A DNA stretch of 64,000 nt from Arsenicicoccus sp. oral taxon 190 (GTDB lineage Bacteria; Actinomycetota; Actinomycetes; Actinomycetales; Dermatophilaceae). The notes under the pieces are model-generated. The model saw nothing but the letters and a program-made list of their open reading frames with translations, did no database searches and was not told the DNA's origin. This document shows, one piece after another, positions 59,007 through 64,000 of this stretch. Numbering within the stretch: the first letter of the stretch is position 1; the number at the start of each line of letters is the position of its first letter. The position numbers and the translations under genes were made by a program. The DNA lies in NCBI RefSeq assembly GCF_001189535.1, contig NZ_CP012070.1:1563972-1627971 (forward strand), written 5' to 3'.

Positions 59007-59561
59007 ATGGGTGTTGAGGACAAGATCCCGTCGGGGATCGCGCTGACGACCCTGGAGGCCGTGGCCGGGCAGATGCTGCACCGGTCCATGTGGCCTGCCA
59101 CCTTCGGCCTCGCCTGCTGCGCCATCGAGATGATGGCCTCCGGCGGCCCGGACTTCGACATCGCCCGCTACGGCATGGAGCGGTTCTCCGCGACGCCGCG
59201 CCAGGCCGACCTGATGATCGTCGCCGGTCGCTGCTCGCAGAAGTTCGCGCCCGTCGTGCGCCAGGTCTGGGACCAGATGCCCGAGCCCAAGTGGTGCATC
59301 GCGATGGGCGTGTGCGCCAGCTCCGGCGGCATGTTCAACAACTACGCCATCGTGCAGGGCGTCGACCACATCGTCCCGGTCGACGTCTACCTGCCCGGGT
59401 GCCCGCCGCGGCCCCAGATGCTCTTCAACGCGATCCTGACGCTGCACGACTACGTCAAGAAGTCGCCGCAGGGCGTCAACCGCGAGGAGGCGGCCCGCGC
59501 CGCCGAGCGCGCCGCGATGGAGGCCACCCCCCTCCAGCTGCAGAAGGGCCTGCTGGCATGA
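59007..59561 (+). CDS. nuoB: NADH-quinone oxidoreductase subunit B
   Basis: Fe-S Cys motifs CCAIEMM, CPPRP. Confidence 0.9.
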   Translation: MGVEDKIPSGIALTTLEAVAGQMLHRSMWPATFGLACCAIEMMASGGPDFDIARYGMERFSATPRQADLMIVAGRCSQKFAPVVRQVWDQMPEPKWCIAMGVCASSGGMFNNYAIVQGVDHIVPVDVYLPGCPPRPQMLFNAILTLHDYVKKSPQGVNREEAARAAERAAMEATPLQLQKGLLA

Positions 59562-60300
59562 GCGACTCCCACCTGCCCGCCGAGGCGCAGGGCGACAACG
59601 TCCACCACGTCGAGGTGGACCCCGGCGCGTCCGGCACCCCCGTCGAGATGGGTCGTCGCGCCGGCATGTTCGGCGCCTCCCGCGGCGGCGACACCTCCGG
59701 CTACGGCGGCCTCGTCTCCCCGGTGCTGTTCCCCGGCCAGGCGGGCCGCCCCTACGGCTCCTACTTCGACCACATCGCCGACACCCTCGAGAAGGCCCTG
59801 ATCGGGTCCTCCGCGTCGTTCGCCGAGGCGATCGAGGCCGTCGTCGTCGACCGCGGCGAGATGACCCTGCACGTCCGCCGCGAGCACCTGCCGGTCGTGG
59901 CCCAGGCGCTGCGGGACCACCCCGGCCTGCGCTTCGAGATGTGCATGAGCGTCTCAGGGGTGCACTACCCGGCCGTCCAGGGCGCCGAGCTGCACGCGGT
60001 CTACCACCTGCTGTCGCTGACCCACGGGGCCCGCCGGCTGCGGCTCGAGGTGGCCTGCCCCGACGGCGACCCGCACATCCCGTCCGTGGCCGCGGTGTGG
60101 CCCGGGGTCAACTGGCACGAGCGCGAGACCTGGGACTTCTTCGGCATCGTCTTCGACGGCCACCCCGCGCTGACCCGCATCATGATGCCGGACGACTGGC
60201 CGGGTCACCCCCAGCGCAAGGACTACCCCCTCGGCGGTGTCCCGGTGGAGTACAAGGGCGCCACCGTCCCGCCCCCGGACCAGCGGAGGTCGTACAACTG

Positions 60301-60301
<1 letters not shown>
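59558..60301 (+). CDS. nuoC: NADH-quinone oxidoreductase subunit C
   Basis: NuoC 30-kDa subunit motifs; ATGA overlap. Confidence 0.9.
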
Positions 60302-61646
<1,345 letters not shown>

Positions 61647-61647
<1 letters not shown>

Positions 61648-62579
61648 TGTCAGCCTTTGACGCCCCCAACTACGGCACCCAGCCCAACCACCTCGAGGGC
61701 CCGTGGGAGCCCGACGTCGAGCAGCGGCTGCGCACGGACGCCGCCGCGGTGGTGGCCCGCTACCCGCAGCAGCGGTCGGCGCTGCTGCCGCTGCTGCACC
61801 TGGTGCAGAGCGTCGACGGCTACGTCTCCACCCGCGGGATCGAGCTGGCGGCGGAGTACGCCGGCGTGACGGCCGCGGAGGCCTCCGGCGTCGCGACCTT
61901 CTACACGCAGTACAAGCGGCACCGCAACGGCGACTACCTCGTGGGGGTCTGCACCAACGCGCTGTGCGCGGTCATGGGTGGGGACCAGATCTGGGACGAC
62001 CTGTCGGACTACCTCGGCGTCGGGCACGACGAGACCACCCCCGACGGCACGATCACCCTCGAGCGCCTCGAGTGCAACGCCGCCTGCGACTTCGCTCCCG
62101 TGGTCATGACCAACTGGGAGTTCTTCGACAACATGACGCCGCAGTCGACCCGCGAGCTGGTCGACGCGCTGCGGGCCGGCACCCCGGTGCGCCCCACCCG
62201 CGGCCCGGACCGGGTCCACACCTTCACCGAGGTCTCCCGCGTCCTCGCCGGCTTCCTCGACGGCCACGCCGACGAGGGCCCGAGCGGCGGCGTCCCCACC
62301 ATGCGCGGGCTCGGCATCGCGCGCGAGCACGGCTGGGACATGCCGGGATCCGTCGCGGCGGGCGAGGAGGCCACCGGCGACGTGCCGGGCGCCGACGGCG
62401 CCGCGGTCACGGGCGGCGGCAAGGTCGACGCGCAGCCCGGGCCGGGGGAGAAGACCAGCTCCGCCGAGGCGGAGGCCGCGGCCGGAAAGACCTCCGAGGC
62501 CAAGCAGCCCGCCACCCACCCCGCCGACGAGAAGGCGTCCGCCGGCAACACCGCCGACCCGAAGGGGGATGCCCAGTGA
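61647..62579 (+). CDS. nuoE: NADH-quinone oxidoreductase subunit E with ~100-aa low-complexity C-terminal extension
   Basis: 2Fe-2S Cys motifs CTNALC...CNAAC; tail rich in A/G/E/K. Confidence 0.85.
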
Positions 62580-63892
62580 GCACCCAGCTGACCCCGGTCC
62601 TCACCCGCACCTGGGACCTCGACCGGTCCTGGACGCTGGAGACCTACGAGCGCGAGGCCGAGGGCTACCAGGCGCTGCGCAAGGCGCTGGCCATGGAGCC
62701 GGACGCCGTGCTCAACACCGTCAAGGACTCCAACATCCGCGGTCGCGGCGGCGCGGGCTTCCCGACCGGCCTGAAGTGGAGCTTCATGGCGCCCCCGGAC
62801 GGCGGGCCGCGCTACATCGTGGTCAACGCCGACGAGTCCGAGCCGGGCACCTGCAAGGACATCCCGCTGATGATGGCGGCCCCGCACCACCTGATCGAGG
62901 GCCTCGCGATCGCGACCCACGCGGTGCAGGGCGAGCTCGGGTTCATCTACCTGCGTGGCGAGGTCGTGCACGTCTACCGCCGCCTGCTGCGGGCCGTCGA
63001 GGAGGCCCGCGCCGCCGGCTACCTCGGTGACGACGTCATGGGCACCGGCAAGAAGCTCGACATCGTGGTGCACGCCGGCGCCGGCGCCTACATCTGCGGC
63101 GAGGAGACCGCGCTGCTGGACTCCCTGGAGGGCCGGCGCGGCCAGCCGCGGCTCAAGCCGCCGTTCCCGGGCGCGCAGGGCCTCTACGCCCGCCCCACCT
63201 CGGTCAACAACGTCGAGTCCATCGCCTCGGTGCCCGGCATCGTGCTGCACGGCGCCGACTGGTTCAAGGGGATGGGCACCGAGAAGTCCGCCGGCCACGG
63301 CATCTTTTCCGTGTCCGGCCACGTGGAGCGCCCGGGCCAGTTCGAGGCGCCGTTCGGCATCACCATGCGCGAGCTCATCGAGCTGTGCGGCGGCATGCGG
63401 GGCGGCCGGCGCCTGAAGTTCTGGACCCCCGGTGGCTCGTCCACGCCGATCTTCACCGAGGAGCACCTGGACGTGCCCCTCGACTTCGACTCCGTCGCGG
63501 CCGCGGGGTCCATGCTGGGCACGCGCGCGCTGCAGGTCTTCGACGAGACCGTCTCGGTCGTGCGGGTCGTGTCCCGCTGGACCGACTTCTACCGCCACGA
63601 GTCCTGCGGCAAGTGCACCCCCTGCCGCGAGGGCACCTGGTGGCTCAAGCAGATCATGGAGCGGCTCGAGGTGGGCCAGGGCCACGAGGGCGACATCGAG
63701 AAGCTCCTGGACATCTGCGACAACGTCCTCGGCCGGTCCTTCTGCGCGCTCGGCGACGCGGCGACCACGCCGATCTCCTCCGCCATCAAGCACTTCCGCG
63801 AGGAGTTCGAGGCCGGGATGCACACGCCCTGGTACGACCTGTTCCCGCCGGAGGCCTCCACCGTGTTCGCGAAGGAGTCGGTGACCCGATGA
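62576..63892 (+). CDS. nuoF: NADH-quinone oxidoreductase subunit F
   Basis: FMN/NADH motifs GRGGAGFPTG, 4Fe-4S CGKCTPCREG. Confidence 0.9.
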   Translation: MSTQLTPVLTRTWDLDRSWTLETYEREAEGYQALRKALAMEPDAVLNTVKDSNIRGRGGAGFPTGLKWSFMAPPDGGPRYIVVNADESEPGTCKDIPLMMAAPHHLIEGLAIATHAVQGELGFIYLRGEVVHVYRRLLRAVEEARAAGYLGDDVMGTGKKLDIVVHAGAGAYICGEETALLDSLEGRRGQPRLKPPFPGAQGLYARPTSVNNVESIASVPGIVLHGADWFKGMGTEKSAGHGIFSVSGHVERPGQFEAPFGITMRELIELCGGMRGGRRLKFWTPGGSSTPIFTEEHLDVPLDFDSVAAAGSMLGTRALQVFDETVSVVRVVSRWTDFYRHESCGKCTPCREGTWWLKQIMERLEVGQGHEGDIEKLLDICDNVLGRSFCALGDAATTPISSAIKHFREEFEAGMHTPWYDLFPPEASTVFAKESVTR

Positions 63893-64000
63893 CCGCCCCC
63901 ACCACCAGCGCCGCCGACCTGGTGACGCTGACCATCGACGGCGTCGAGGTCCGGGTGCCCAAGGGCACCCTGATCATCCGCGCCGCGGAGCAGGTCGGCA
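63889..64000 (+). CDS. nuoG: NADH-quinone oxidoreductase subunit G, N-terminal fragment (continues beyond window)
   Basis: MTAPTTSAADLVTLTIDGVEVRVPKGTLIIRAAEQVG typical NuoG start; ATGA overlap with nuoF. Confidence 0.8.
   Translation, partial: MTAPTTSAADLVTLTIDGVEVRVPKGTLIIRAAEQVG

Overview
This is a ~64 kb stretch of high-GC (roughly 70%+) actinobacterial chromosome with dense, operon-like coding on both strands; I see no rRNA, tRNA or CRISPR. Gene order resembles the Mycobacterium Rv0495c-Rv0502 / hem / ccs / men / nuo neighbourhoods. From the 5' end it runs:
- radA 3' part (minus strand), a NUDIX hydrolase and a SAM-methyltransferase.
- A conserved Cys-rich hypothetical, ppx/gppA, a TIM-barrel sugar-phosphate isomerase, a TetR regulator and a two-gene ABC exporter whose ATPase is frameshifted.
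- Proline dehydrogenase, proC, a GNAT acetyltransferase, an AcuC/HDAC-like deacetylase, an excisionase-like HTH protein and the tiny ribosomal protein bS22, which also carries an apparent frameshift.
- A NAD-dependent epimerase, an acyltransferase, a convergent ECF sigma / anti-sigma pair and a glutaredoxin-like protein.
- rex-hemA-hemC-cobA/hemD-hemB, a MarR regulator and hemL, followed by a histidine phosphatase and tlpA-ccdA-resB-ccsB (cytochrome c maturation).
- A DUF4229 protein, a LysE exporter, menA and an SPFH protein.
- An accessory stretch with two toxin-antitoxin modules flanking menE, a decayed higB remnant with an intact higA-like antidote, an SDR oxidoreductase, mntH, an SRPBCC protein, a lytic transglycosylase, and terC preceded by a probable Mn riboswitch.
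- bfd-bfr followed by two tandem 82-bp hairpin repeats, then a DUF3024 protein, menB, a NUDIX hydrolase, menC-menD and an alpha/beta hydrolase.
- An HNH/DUF222 element, an MmcQ-like protein, an M13 peptidase, menF, an alanine-racemase-family protein paired with a FemAB-family transferase, menG and a MenJ-like reductase.
- nuoA-nuoF complete and the start of nuoG.

The points most worth a second look:
- A dispersed, strongly over-represented CGGCATAC(G)G motif, with about 30 copies counted by eye, many in intergenic regions.
- A probable yybP-ykoY Mn riboswitch upstream of terC, inside a Mn/Fe homeostasis cluster (mntH, terC, bfd-bfr).
- Structured 82-bp tandem repeats downstream of bfr.
- Homopolymer +1 frameshifts in the ABC ATPase and in bS22.
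- Paired palindromic operator-like sites upstream of the SDR gene, and direct repeats between the TetR and ABC genes.
- Two TA modules and a decayed third one interrupting the menaquinone gene set.
- An alanine-racemase-like / FemAB-like pair, carrying in-frame micro tandem repeats, inserted between menF and menG.
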